From the NCBI GenBank assembly GCA_032718475.1, contig JAUCBJ010007129.1, forward strand, positions 1 through 64,000: DNA of 64,000 nt, in the 5' to 3' direction. Position 1 is the stretch's first letter. The number at the start of each line of letters is the position of its first letter. Under the pieces are notes generated by a model, which was not told the origin of the DNA, ran no database searches, and worked only from the letters and a program-made list of their open reading frames with translations. Shown here in pieces: positions 46,256 to 56,992 of this stretch. The translations under genes were made by a program, and so were the position numbers. The stretch is from Nemertoderma westbladi (taxonomy: Eukaryota; Animalia; Xenacoelomorpha).

Positions 46256-47430
46256 TGTTCGCGCTTTTAGACCTTTAGCAGTTTAACCTGCCAATTTTAG
46301 TTGTCTTCTTGTTTATAAATCGACTTTAGCCTAGACCAATTATTTTATGTACTGAAGTTATATCTGCCGAAGCCAGTCTGTGCGCGATCATTCACCCACG
46401 GTTAAGGGAGACTGGATTCGGGTGCTTTGACGTTATTGCGGTGTAGACCTACTGTATTATTCGATTGATCGTTACTATATAATCTCTGACAAATATATTT
46501 ACTTTCGGGGAAATATTAACAGTTCCTTTAGGACGTGGCGCTTTAAGTATAAAAACAGAGTTATGACTTATACTAATCACAACTAGATGGCTAATGAGTT
46601 TTGTAAATAGCGCATTCTTTAGGAGATGCTTTATTATCTGTCACACTACTGCACACGACTTTACACTACTGCACACTGATCTGCCGACCGTCACTGAATT
46701 TGATCATATATAAAGAAGATCGCAACTGACACTTGTAGGGATTATGAAATAGCATTTAATTCACACAAAAACCACTATAATTTAAGTCGCAGTTGCTAGC
46801 GGTAAACTGTCCTCTTACCTTCAGTAATCAAGAAGATTGGGGGTTTTATGATTATTTATCGGTATTCTCCAAATATAACAACATATCCAACAATATACAA
46901 CAATTAATAACAGACAGTAAGCAGAAGTAAATAATGCAGTGAAAAGTCACTGCATTTATTTATTGGTTTAGTATGATATGCAGTGTCCAGCAGGTTCATC
47001 AGGTTGATATGACAATATGAGAATAGATTTACGTTCCGTAATCAAAGCCATCAGATCTTTAGGCAAAGTCTGAAACTTCCACCACAGAAGTAACAGAAGA
47101 TTTCCAAGCAGTTCTCTTCGCTCAGAAAGGTAAACAAAGACCGTAATGCATTGCGCGGTTTTACATAGGCCCTTGTCCAACATAAAATGAAAATCGCTCT
47201 GATTGGTTGAGCCGAACAAAGAGAGGTTCCACGTTTACAGTAAATCAGCTGACAGATTTCGTCATCTGAGTTCCAGTCTTTTAGAGTATTAGGCGCATTG
47301 TTGGCTTGTTATGTCCGCTAAAGCACCTACACGGTACATTGCGGAGAAAATGGCTTGTTATGTCCGCTAAAGCACCTACACGGTATATTGCGGAGAAAAA
47401 TGACTTGTTATGTCCGCAAAAGCTTTTACA
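46256..47430 (-). repeat. 3' LTR of B2
   Basis: Same termini as the B1 LTRs, with an adjacent PPT. Confidence 0.93.
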
Positions 47431-47508
47431 CCGCTCCCAGAAAATGGGATTTAATTCTATAAAATATAAAAAATCACAGTTTCTAAAATATAAAAATACT
47501 CTAAACAG

Positions 47509-50500
47509 TTAGTCCGTCTTACGCGAACGGCGTTTACGCAGTTTTTTGAGGCTAGCAAGAGTCCTTTTCTCTTTGGGGCAAGCCACTTTACTAGGAGGGC
47601 TATAACTCCTGGGTGAAGGGTGCAATACAATTGCATCGGAAGGTTTAGGGTTACGGTCGGTGTATCCGCCGGTCGAGGTACCCGGTTGATTGATATCAAC
47701 CTCAGCGGAGCGAGGTTGAACAACCCCCAGAGCGCGTTTCAAGACAGCAGCTCTTACTGGTCCCTGACGAGTCGTCTGCACGAGAGCGGTAGGTGGACCG
47801 TGAGTAGTGAGAAATTTCCTCAGTTTGATGGTTCTTTCTAACTCGCGTTCTCGGGCTCTATATTCATAGGGTCGTCTATGAACTTCCTGTAGTTCTGGAT
47901 GCGAGTTGATGAACAAGTCACCATATTCAGGATCTTGATGGATGAAGTTGATCAAGTTATAGGAATTAAGATCATTGGGATTAATGTTCCTGAGATATTT
48001 ACGAACAAATTTGGTCGAAATATTCTCGCCAACACGCTTCATTAGTTCGTAACTCGGTGTGCGAGATTTTTGTTCAACGGACGCGAATAGATACGGGTGA
48101 AACGCATAAACTCACTCATAAGCATGTCCAGGGTAATATCCAGACGTGACTCACAATGTAGATCCGCGTTCGCTTCCCAGGCTCGAATATAGTGTAAGGT
48201 AATCATTTCATCTACGCTTTCCAGATCTCGGTTGAAAGGGCAATCAAAACTTGCATGTCCTTTAAACTGACAATGATGGCATTGAGTCATAAATTGGGGG
48301 CAGACTGCAAAAATGTGCAAGTTATTGAGTCTACAATATGCACAATAGATCTCCATCGTAGGTTGTTCATGGAAGTAGGAACAGGGTACGTTGGAGTCCA
48401 CCGGGGTGAAATGGTCTCGAGATGCACACAATCGACAACGTTTCCTAGAAACATAATTGGCATGCCGATAATCGTAAGCGGTGAGGCATTGTGGACCTTG
48501 ATACCATTCCAGGACGTAGTCATTGTCACTGCTCCGGGGCGCTGTGGGCTGGATCTCCTCGGATTCTAAGCATATTGGTTCGTCTTCCAATCGCATAGCT
48601 GAGGTAGGTGTAGCTGTCTCCTCAAGCGAACCCAGTGTCTGAACTTCCACGATAGAATAACCCGTGGGGATTCGGGGTCTTTGTATAACAGAGGAATGTA
48701 AGTTCTGTATACCAACGTCCTTGAAAATGGCGAATCCAGCGCTGTCTAACTTCTCAGCAGCTGAGTCTCTTAGGCTGAGCTTGGTCAGAGCGCGGTCCTT
48801 GAACTGACTATCAACGTTACGGAACGGAGTCAGAAAGCGCCTAAAGCATTCGAAGCGGATGAATTTATTGTGTTCATCTAGCTTGGCGAGTTTGGTTCCA
48901 AGTATCAAGGGATGGGTGCGTATAGTACGACTGCACACATCGGCTAGCCAACCGGCAAGTGTGGCGTTCTCGAAGATAGTGTATATAGCTAATGAGGGAC
49001 AAAGGGGAACACTCATGAAGCTATACACGACGCCAGGTGTGGTCAATGGTCCATCGAAGTATAATAGAGAATAATGATCTCCATATACTTGTTGATAGTT
49101 GATAGGGTTTCCGACTTTGAAATTCCATCTGTATTCTTGGAAGGCAAGATGTCCGATGGATGTTCGTTGTACTTTATTGATGCCGCTGGGTGTATTGGCA
49201 TACATAGTTCGGAAGAAACCTCGGCCTTCTGCCCAGGGAGCAATCAGCTGGGTGTCTACGAAAGGATATGGGATATTCTCCATATTCCTGAAGTCGTTTT
49301 GGAGATCTCCATAAACAGCTGAGCCGAATTTAAAGGATTCTTTCGTTAAACAACATCTCGAGCACTGGCTGGGGTAACATCGATCCATCTATACCCATGG
49401 CCAGTTTACGCTCAGTATCGGTGACGTAACGCTGTGCGAGTTCGAATTGTCCATGTCGGAGTTTCTTTTGTATCTCGGTGAGAGTCTCAAAGGAATAATC
49501 AATCACATCGGAACACGCTCGAGTAAACACGTGAGTAGAACCAGCTAGCCCTCGTATATGTATCATGCGCGACGCGCATGATACATATACGAGGGCTAGC
49601 TGGTTCTACCCACGTAGTTCCCAGTTCTCCAACAGGAATGCTACCTTCGTTATCGTAAGTGACAACTCCATACATTTCGATAACGTTAAGAGTTTCGTTC
49701 CACTCTTTAGTGGCGTTTTCTAGGGTCATCCCCACCGGATGCCACAAGGTGGCACATTCGCTAGCGTTAGGTAGATCCCTATACTTCAGATATTGTGTAG
49801 TATACGTCTCTACATCTCCATATCGTTGTATTCTCTCTTCCTCGAATAATACGTCGAGATTCCAGTGGACTAATCGAGTTTCAATAAATCCATCGAGATT
49901 ATACGGAGGCATTATATCCTTCTCTATTCTGGAAACATTGTAGGGCTTTCTGAATGAGTTTACTTTCACTAACTGATCCAGATGTTTCTGCAGTTGTTCA
50001 AGTTCGACAAGATCGAGGGGATTTATTAGTGGTAGAAACCTTAGACTATGTGTAGGATCTTCCGGTATTACCATATAATATTGAGTTAGATTGACATAAT
50101 AAGGGTGGTCTTTGATCCCATAAAACGAGTTCGGTAAAGGTCTAGCGCGTATGTTGACCTCGCGTACCATACGACGGACAAGATCTGCTCGATTGTCCGG
50201 AGGTTCAACGAGTATACCGTCGATACGAGCGGCCTCGATTGGCGGACGTTGCAACATAGGAGCGTCAGCGATAAGATCACGAGATCTTAGGTTGATATCA
50301 ACCGGTTGGGGTTGTACCGTGGCGAAGAGTTTGTCTCCGAAATGGGGAACCATCGAGGGATGACGGATGGTTTTGGAATAGAGATCAGTCATAAGGATTT
50401 GAGCTTCAGGTTGGGCTAAAGCTGCTTCTTCTCTCTCACCCATTTCGATGTGTTTCTCCTCGAGCTGATTTTCCTCCGCTTGTCATTGGAAGCGTTCATC

Positions 50501-51805
50501 TAAAAACTCTTGTAGAGAATAGGTTCGTCCAAGTTCGATGTCTTCCTCGAGGTTTTGGATTTCTCGATCGAACTGGGGTAAGGCCAATTCCTTTACTGCT
50601 TGGACTTGCTGCTGCAACTTACGTTTCTCCAAACAATCATAAGTTCCTTTTCCGATCTTCTGTTGAATAGCGTCTAACGCGTTTCGTACAACGCTCTTCT
50701 CGACTTCGGTGACGGGTTGTATCGGGGTCAAACCGGGACGATTATACGGGTTGAACGGCGAGATTAGATGTCCGCGTCCTAATCCGGCTAGGTAGGATGG
50801 GCGAATATCTAGAGAGCCCACTACCGGAGTGCCACCGATTAATTGTTCGGGTAACACGAGATCTTTGAACAGCGAGTACAGTTCAGGAGGATCCGTTATA
50901 CTATTACGATCAAGAGTTTGAGGTCTCACTAAGGAATGAGGAGGTCTGACTGAGTATTCTGGAACTCTGATCATCGGTTTATTTAAGGATCGTTTGAGTC
51001 GAGCGAGCGTAGGTGATACGTCGAACAAGTTTCGCTCGAAACTCCCGTAAGTATAGCGAGTAAAACTGTGTTTAGCGCAACGTCTCCGCGGATGTTTATG
51101 TCTTTCCATTTGCTGGTTGGGTCTAGGGCATTCATCGCAATAATACCAAAGACGCACGTCCTGTAGGGGAAACGCGGGTGATCATTCTCCAGTTTTACAA
51201 TATTCCTCCATTTGTTCGAAGCTTTCCGGGACAACAGGTAGCAGTCGATCGGCGGTAAGATAAATCATAGTGAAATAGAGCCGTTTGAGTTCCATCATAG
51301 GGTCATGATGTATACCTTGAGGATATCGAATTTCTAGATTTTGTTGACTGGCTATATTGAGATATGTTTCTCTCAAGAATTCCAGATATTCGTTGAAGTT
51401 ACTGCGTTTATCTGGCTCTTCAACGTCTTCTCTTTCGAGTTGGTTGTGAATAGAATTTTCGTGTTCTATTCTCGGTTTATCGTTCCGACTCCGCTGGGTA
51501 TGATATTTAAATATAACCATGTCCCTTTCGGTGTCTACATCGTCCGTATCGTGTAAATCGATAGGATGACCAGTAGTTAAAAAGTCCATATACGTACCAT
51601 TACAATGCGTATAGCGAGCGATGAATTTTCTATAGTCTAATTCACGCGTGAGCTGTTACTTTGACATTGGCGGTTCGATATAACGGCCATCGTCTTCCGT
51701 AGTGGGTGGACTAGCGTCGCCGCGTATTAAACTATCAACAAACGCTTGCAATGGTAGGGTATATCGCTCCCTGATACCAAGATCATCTTCTATCAACTCA
51801 GTCAT
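47509..51805 (-). pseudogene. ORF3 of B2: CxxC..CxxH region, DEDDy-like exonuclease, Zn knuckles, basic tail
   Basis: TYDNEG (49643-49660), MLPQPVLEMLFNERIL/KFGSAVYGDL, FVDTQL, YTIFE; then CRLC..H, CAYC..H..C and CHHC..H..C. Several frameshifts and stops. Confidence 0.8.
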
Positions 51806-53516
51806 AGCTGCTATATGAGTTAATCGATATTATAATTAATTATAATTAGGCTAGCGGTCGTCGCTGCCTACCCCTCAATGCCCCCGGACAGCGCAAGCTC
51901 CTCAGCGCTAATGTACTGTCGCCGCTGTGTCTTTCGCCAACGTAGTAGCTACACAACGACAACAATAACCAGCGCGAGTCACTCCACTGTCCGTCCCAAG
52001 GGCTCAGAATTACTTCAGGTTCTTGCTATAGAGGTAGGGCTACTTTCACAACTGCGACTCGCTACTGCAAACACACTTTAGTAGTAACATTCACCTATAA
52101 ACGCACAAATTCCACACAACTGTCACAAATTGTACACATTCGGGCCATTTGTCAGTTAGTCAAGTGCCTTCCAGAATGCCACGTTATTATTATGTATCCC
52201 TGGATACTAGCAGTGTGCTATTTATTCCGTATGCTATTCAATGGGGCAAGCTTTTTATTGTTCTTTTAACTCACTTCTAATTCTAGCGTGGTTGTTGCCA
52301 TGGTGACATTATGGAAAGCTAGCAGTAGAATTAGGGTAATTCTCATGCATACAGATCTGGGATGCTATTTAATAGTAATTCTTTAATTGTCAATATTCCC
52401 CTTTATACATGATTTTATGAATTTTATCGGCCATTGACTATATTATTGGAGATTCTCGCACATTAATATACTTATAGGGTGAATCTCCGCTCCCATGATA
52501 TATAAATTAATGGAATTTTGGGAATGTTATAAATTGTATAAAATGACAATTTATCAAATTCATGAGAGGAGATGAATTTAAAATTTATTCCCGTAAATTT
52601 TATTATTTAATATTAAAATAGACACAATTTTATTCCAGAACATGTCTGGGGACTAGGATCCTTAATTCTAGAAAATTTGTCTTTTTAAGAGTATCGGTAA
52701 GTGCTACAAATATCTTAATCGACTAGAATTTTAAAGGATCTAAATTTTAACAGATTTTGATTTATAGATTTTCTAGAGTTAACTTGTAAGCATTTACTCT
52801 ATTATATTTGTTTTAATAGATTTTTATAAATATTAAATATTTAATATTTAAGATGGGCACCGATTTATTCCAGAACATGTCTGGGGACGTTAACGACTGA
52901 TTCTAGAATTTTGTCTTTCAAGTATATCGGTGGGTGCCGCGATATCTTAATCGACTAGAATGGCAGATGGTCAAAGGGTTTAACAGATTTATTTTGCGTT
53001 TTATGCTACTGTTAAAGGGACATCACGCTACTATATGTATTATTTAATATACTGTATGAGAGCAATATTGCAAGAAGCAATGTCAGTGAGAAGAGGCAAG
53101 TCGTTTCCCAGGTCTACCCAGATCTTGGTTTAGCCGAGACACGAGGATCTGAACTTTGCATTCCTAATACTCTACTTACCAATAATACTTGAGTATAGTA
53201 GGAGCTTTATTGTACTTTAATAAGTACGGATATTTCATCTTACTGTAGTCACGTATTTATAATATGATACGGACAGTAAGGAAAGAGAAAAATAATTATT
53301 TCTCGCCGTTGCACTAAATATATAATGTTAAGTAATTAAGTAATAAACACGAATATATATTGCACTAATCTACTGAATAATCGCTAAAATAACATTCCAC
53401 TAAATAAAATTAAAGAAAACGATTATAATAATAAAATTACGTAATAATACATACATAAATATAAAAATAATAAAAATATATAAAATAATATAGTCACACA
53501 CCCACTCCAGACGCGG

Positions 53517-54677
53517 TTACGTTGGGGAGTCCCTAGATGTTTGTTGGATTAGGGAGGTGGTCGTGGGAAGAGTGTTTTGTCTTCCATAGTTTCCGGATAG
53601 TTCTCTGTCTCTTTCCAGTAAACATAAACGACCAACTGGGCGATTGAGTTGCTGTGTTTCGAATACAATTCCAGGTTTCTTAAAGTTACGTCGCATGACG
53701 ACGAGTTCTACCGATCGCACTAAACCATCATCGGATATATGAGTCTCGATGATACGACCTGTCTGCCACCGCTTACGTAGAAGATCTGATTCCACAATAA
53801 GGACCATGTCTCCGGCGCTGACGTTTTCTTGCTGCGCAAACCACTTGGTTCGAAGTTGTAGCGTAGGCAGATAATGTTTTTCGAAATGGTCAGCGAAACG
53901 ACGGGATAATAACTGCATAAGTTGCCAAGTTTGTCGGCAGTATTCGTCTCCGTCCATGATTTCCGATCGTGGGAGCATGGCTACAGGTTTCTTCAGTAGG
54001 AAATGCGTGGGTGTTAGCGCTTCTAGGGAGTCGGGACTCGATGAGACTGGCATAAGCGGTCTCTCGTTAAGATAGGCGGCAATTTCTTCCATTAACGTCC
54101 GCAAAAGTTCGTCGGTGAGATACGCGCGGCACGGCACTATAAAGTGAAATGCGGTCTTCACGCTCCTTATTAATCTCTCCCAACTTCCTCCCCACCAAGG
54201 GACGTCGGCGGCGTTGAAGGTCCAGCTAGATGCTGTTACCCTTAGCTGATCGTCCACCTGTCTTTGGTTCCAATCTTTAATGTAAGCCTTGATCTCATTA
54301 TTGGTGCCAATGAAGTTCGTTCCCTTATCAGATCTCATCGTGTTGCTAGTTCCAAAGCGAGCGATCTGTCGGCGTAAACTCAGTATGAAGCTGTTGGTAG
54401 ATAGATCATTCACCATATCTAGATGGATCGCTCTACAAGTCAAACAGACAAAGATGACACACCATTGCTTGACTATAGTCCTAGCACGATAGACTTCAAT
54501 AGGGCCAAATAAATCCACACCGGTATTAGTAAAGGGTGGTTCATAGAAGCTTACTCGTTCCCTAGGTAATTCTGCCTCTCGCTGTGTTAAAGGCCTACTG
54601 AATGCTTTCCTACAGGGTATACAGTTCCTAAGAACTTGGTTCAGAGCTCTACGGGGTTTATGGAAATAATAGCGAGT
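53517..54677 (-). CDS. Integrase core of B2
   Basis: DLFGP, SDKGTNF, WERLIRSVK, LNERPL, LTPTHFL. Confidence 0.92.
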   Translation of the reverse strand, partial: TRYYFHKPRRALNQVLRNCIPCRKAFSRPLTQREAELPRERVSFYEPPFTNTGVDLFGPIEVYRARTIVKQWCVIFVCLTCRAIHLDMVNDLSTNSFILSLRRQIARFGTSNTMRSDKGTNFIGTNNEIKAYIKDWNQRQVDDQLRVTASSWTFNAADVPWWGGSWERLIRSVKTAFHFIVPCRAYLTDELLRTLMEEIAAYLNERPLMPVSSSPDSLEALTPTHFLLKKPVAMLPRSEIMDGDEYCRQTWQLMQLLSRRFADHFEKHYLPTLQLRTKWFAQQENVSAGDMVLIVESDLLRKRWQTGRIIETHISDDGLVRSVELVVMRRNFKKPGIVFETQQLNRPVGRLCLLERDRELSGNYGRQNTLPTTTSLIQQTSRDSPT

Positions 54678-56918
54678 TCAAATTTCGCTAAGAACTCGTT
54701 CTCTACCAGCATGGTAAAGCCTACTGTGAACATCTACAATCATCATGATTTGTATTTCAAGATTTCTAATGAGTATGGGAAACTTAATGTCAAAGGATAG
54801 TGGAGCATTAGTTAGTCTCCCTCCAACACGTATTAAACCATCTATCATTGTGCTAGAGAAACGATCCCTTAAGCGCGTCTGTGGATTTCTCAACAACAGG
54901 AAATACTTATCGGAATCTTCATAGCATTGCAGGAGTCTCAGTATCTGCTTATTGGTTTCTTCATGCTCCTGGTAACTGATCTTCTCCTTCAGAAACCTAT
55001 CCGATACTTTGTATTTGGGAAGATCTTTAATAGCAAGGACCTGCTCGGATGTCAGTGGAGCGGTATCACTAGCGATCTTCGTCCTGGAGTAGTGATGATG
55101 GAAGCATCGCTTCAAATACACGACGGCCTTACAATGCCGATTCCAGGAGCTATAGTGATTTATCGCTCTCTGCAGGAGAGGTGAGAGTCCCTGCGAGACG
55201 TCTGGTGTTCCAGATTTCCAGTCTCTTTCTCTAATTTCCACAACAGACTTATTTGTGGCGGGGGAGTTTAGATCCACAGCGTTATCCCCGGAAATGTGTA
55301 GTACAGACAGATCTATCACGGGTTTAAATAACTTTGATTTACTCGTCCGGGTTTTGGGTTTGACTTTCTCCGCTCCCTTGGCTTGTCTAATCTCAGCCGT
55401 GGTGAGATGAGGAGGCCATTCATCCTCTTCTTTACTTAGGAAGTCGGGTCCACCTAACCAGTCTGGAGTATCTATCAGTTCTTGAGGAGTTGCTCCTCTG
55501 CAGGCGATGTCGGCTGGATTAATCGTCCCAGGGCAATGTCTCCATTGATCTACATTAGTGCGACTATGTATAATGGCTACTCTGTTGGTAACGAAGATGC
55601 TGAACTGACAGACTTCATTGGTTATATACTCCAAAACGAGTAAAGCATCAGTCCAATAGACAGTTTTCTCCAGTGGATAGTCGATCTGTTCTGTTACATT
55701 CCGGCCGATGGCTGTAGCGTATAGAGCCGCCTTTAACTCCGCTCGAGGAACTCGTAGTTTGTTGTTTATCAAGGCCTTAGAGGTAACCAAGGCAACTTTA
55801 ATTCCATCCGGAGTTTCAACCCTCAGGTAGGCTACTATACCTATTCCCATATCGCTGGCGTCTCCAAACACATGGAGTTGATAGGAATACGTGGGGAGAA
55901 CGTGACCAAAATATGAATGGGAAATCGTAAAGTTCTCGATGGATGGTAGATAATCTTCCCATTTCATCCACTTCTTTAGTAGTTCTCCCTTAAGTGAATC
56001 GTCCCACGAGTGGTTTTCAAGCCACATTTGTTGCACTAAACTCCGGGCAACCAATATAACTGGGCTAATAAATCCCAACGGATCGAAATAAGTGCTCAGG
56101 ATACTTAGACAAATCCGTTTAGTTCTAACTGGATTATCTCGCTTTTTTAGCTGGAAAAACAAGATATCTCTCTCCGTGTCCCATTTTAAACCAAGTGTTT
56201 TGGTTTCCGGAAGATCATCCTTGATGAGGTCAAGATCTTTAACACCTCGGTCTTCTACCGGGATCGATTCCAGAAACTCACGGGAGTTACTAGTGAATTT
56301 GGTTAGCCGAAATCCACCACGTTGCAAGCACTCCACCATTCCCTTGGCAACATCAGTGGCTTCTTCCACCGATGGGAGGGACTTTAAATTGTCGTCCATG
56401 TATATATCCCCTTTGATGTTGTCGATAACTGCTTTAGAGAAGGCATCTCGGTTGTCATCAGCAGTGGTACGCACTACTGAACAAGCGTTCGAGGGGCTCG
56501 AGATGACTGGATGGGATGGACTGGACTGGATGGTCATCCAGTACTCCACCAGTTTTAGGTTGAGATCTCCTTCAGGCCACCACAGAAATCGTAGGCTGTC
56601 TCGATCCCTATCCAGCGCCTTAACTTGTAAGAACATGCCTTCTATATCCGAAGCAAAAGCGATAGAATATTGCCGTAATCTTAAGAGTATTCCCAACAAG
56701 GATTGGAGTAAGTTGGGTCCCGGCAACAACTCAGAGTTAAGGGATTGGCCCATGTAAAGGGCGGAGCCGTCAAATACTACCCGGACTTCGTTGGGTTTAC
56801 CGGGTTTGGGAACATAATGATGTGTTAGATAATACGTTCTCTCAGTTATGGGTGTTTCTTCCAGTACTCGCTCCGCATATCCCTTATCGATGAATTTCTT
56901 CAGCTGGGTCTTATACAT
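54678..56918 (-). CDS. pol: RT/RNase H of B2 (ends at a premature stop in the IN zinc finger)
   Basis: YYLTHH, RVVFD, YMDD, FDPLG, FGDAS, NPADIACRG. Confidence 0.92.
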   Translation of the reverse strand: MYKTQLKKFIDKGYAERVLEETPITERTYYLTHHYVPKPGKPNEVRVVFDGSALYMGQSLNSELLPGPNLLQSLLGILLRLRQYSIAFASDIEGMFLQVKALDRDRDSLRFLWWPEGDLNLKLVEYWMTIQSSPSHPVISSPSNACSVVRTTADDNRDAFSKAVIDNIKGDIYMDDNLKSLPSVEEATDVAKGMVECLQRGGFRLTKFTSNSREFLESIPVEDRGVKDLDLIKDDLPETKTLGLKWDTERDILFFQLKKRDNPVRTKRICLSILSTYFDPLGFISPVILVARSLVQQMWLENHSWDDSLKGELLKKWMKWEDYLPSIENFTISHSYFGHVLPTYSYQLHVFGDASDMGIGIVAYLRVETPDGIKVALVTSKALINNKLRVPRAELKAALYATAIGRNVTEQIDYPLEKTVYWTDALLVLEYITNEVCQFSIFVTNRVAIIHSRTNVDQWRHCPGTINPADIACRGATPQELIDTPDWLGGPDFLSKEEDEWPPHLTTAEIRQAKGAEKVKPKTRTSKSKLFKPVIDLSVLHISGDNAVDLNSPATNKSVVEIRERDWKSGTPDVSQGLSPLLQRAINHYSSWNRHCKAVVYLKRCFHHHYSRTKIASDTAPLTSEQVLAIKDLPKYKVSDRFLKEKISYQEHEETNKQILRLLQCYEDSDKYFLLLRNPQTRLRDRFSSTMIDGLIRVGGRLTNAPLSFDIKFPILIRNLEIQIMMIVDVHSRLYHAGRERVLSEI

Positions 56919-56992
56919 CTCTTTAGCTGAAGCATTGGCCGTAAGACGCCGATGTAGTTGTGCGATTCTCTTCTCCGCTAAGGGTCGATTAT

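Noticed and set aside
46990-47040. Self-priming site in the B2 LTR
   Set aside because: Cannot be tested: the B2 5' LTR and PBS are absent, and this LTR segment is diverged from B1.
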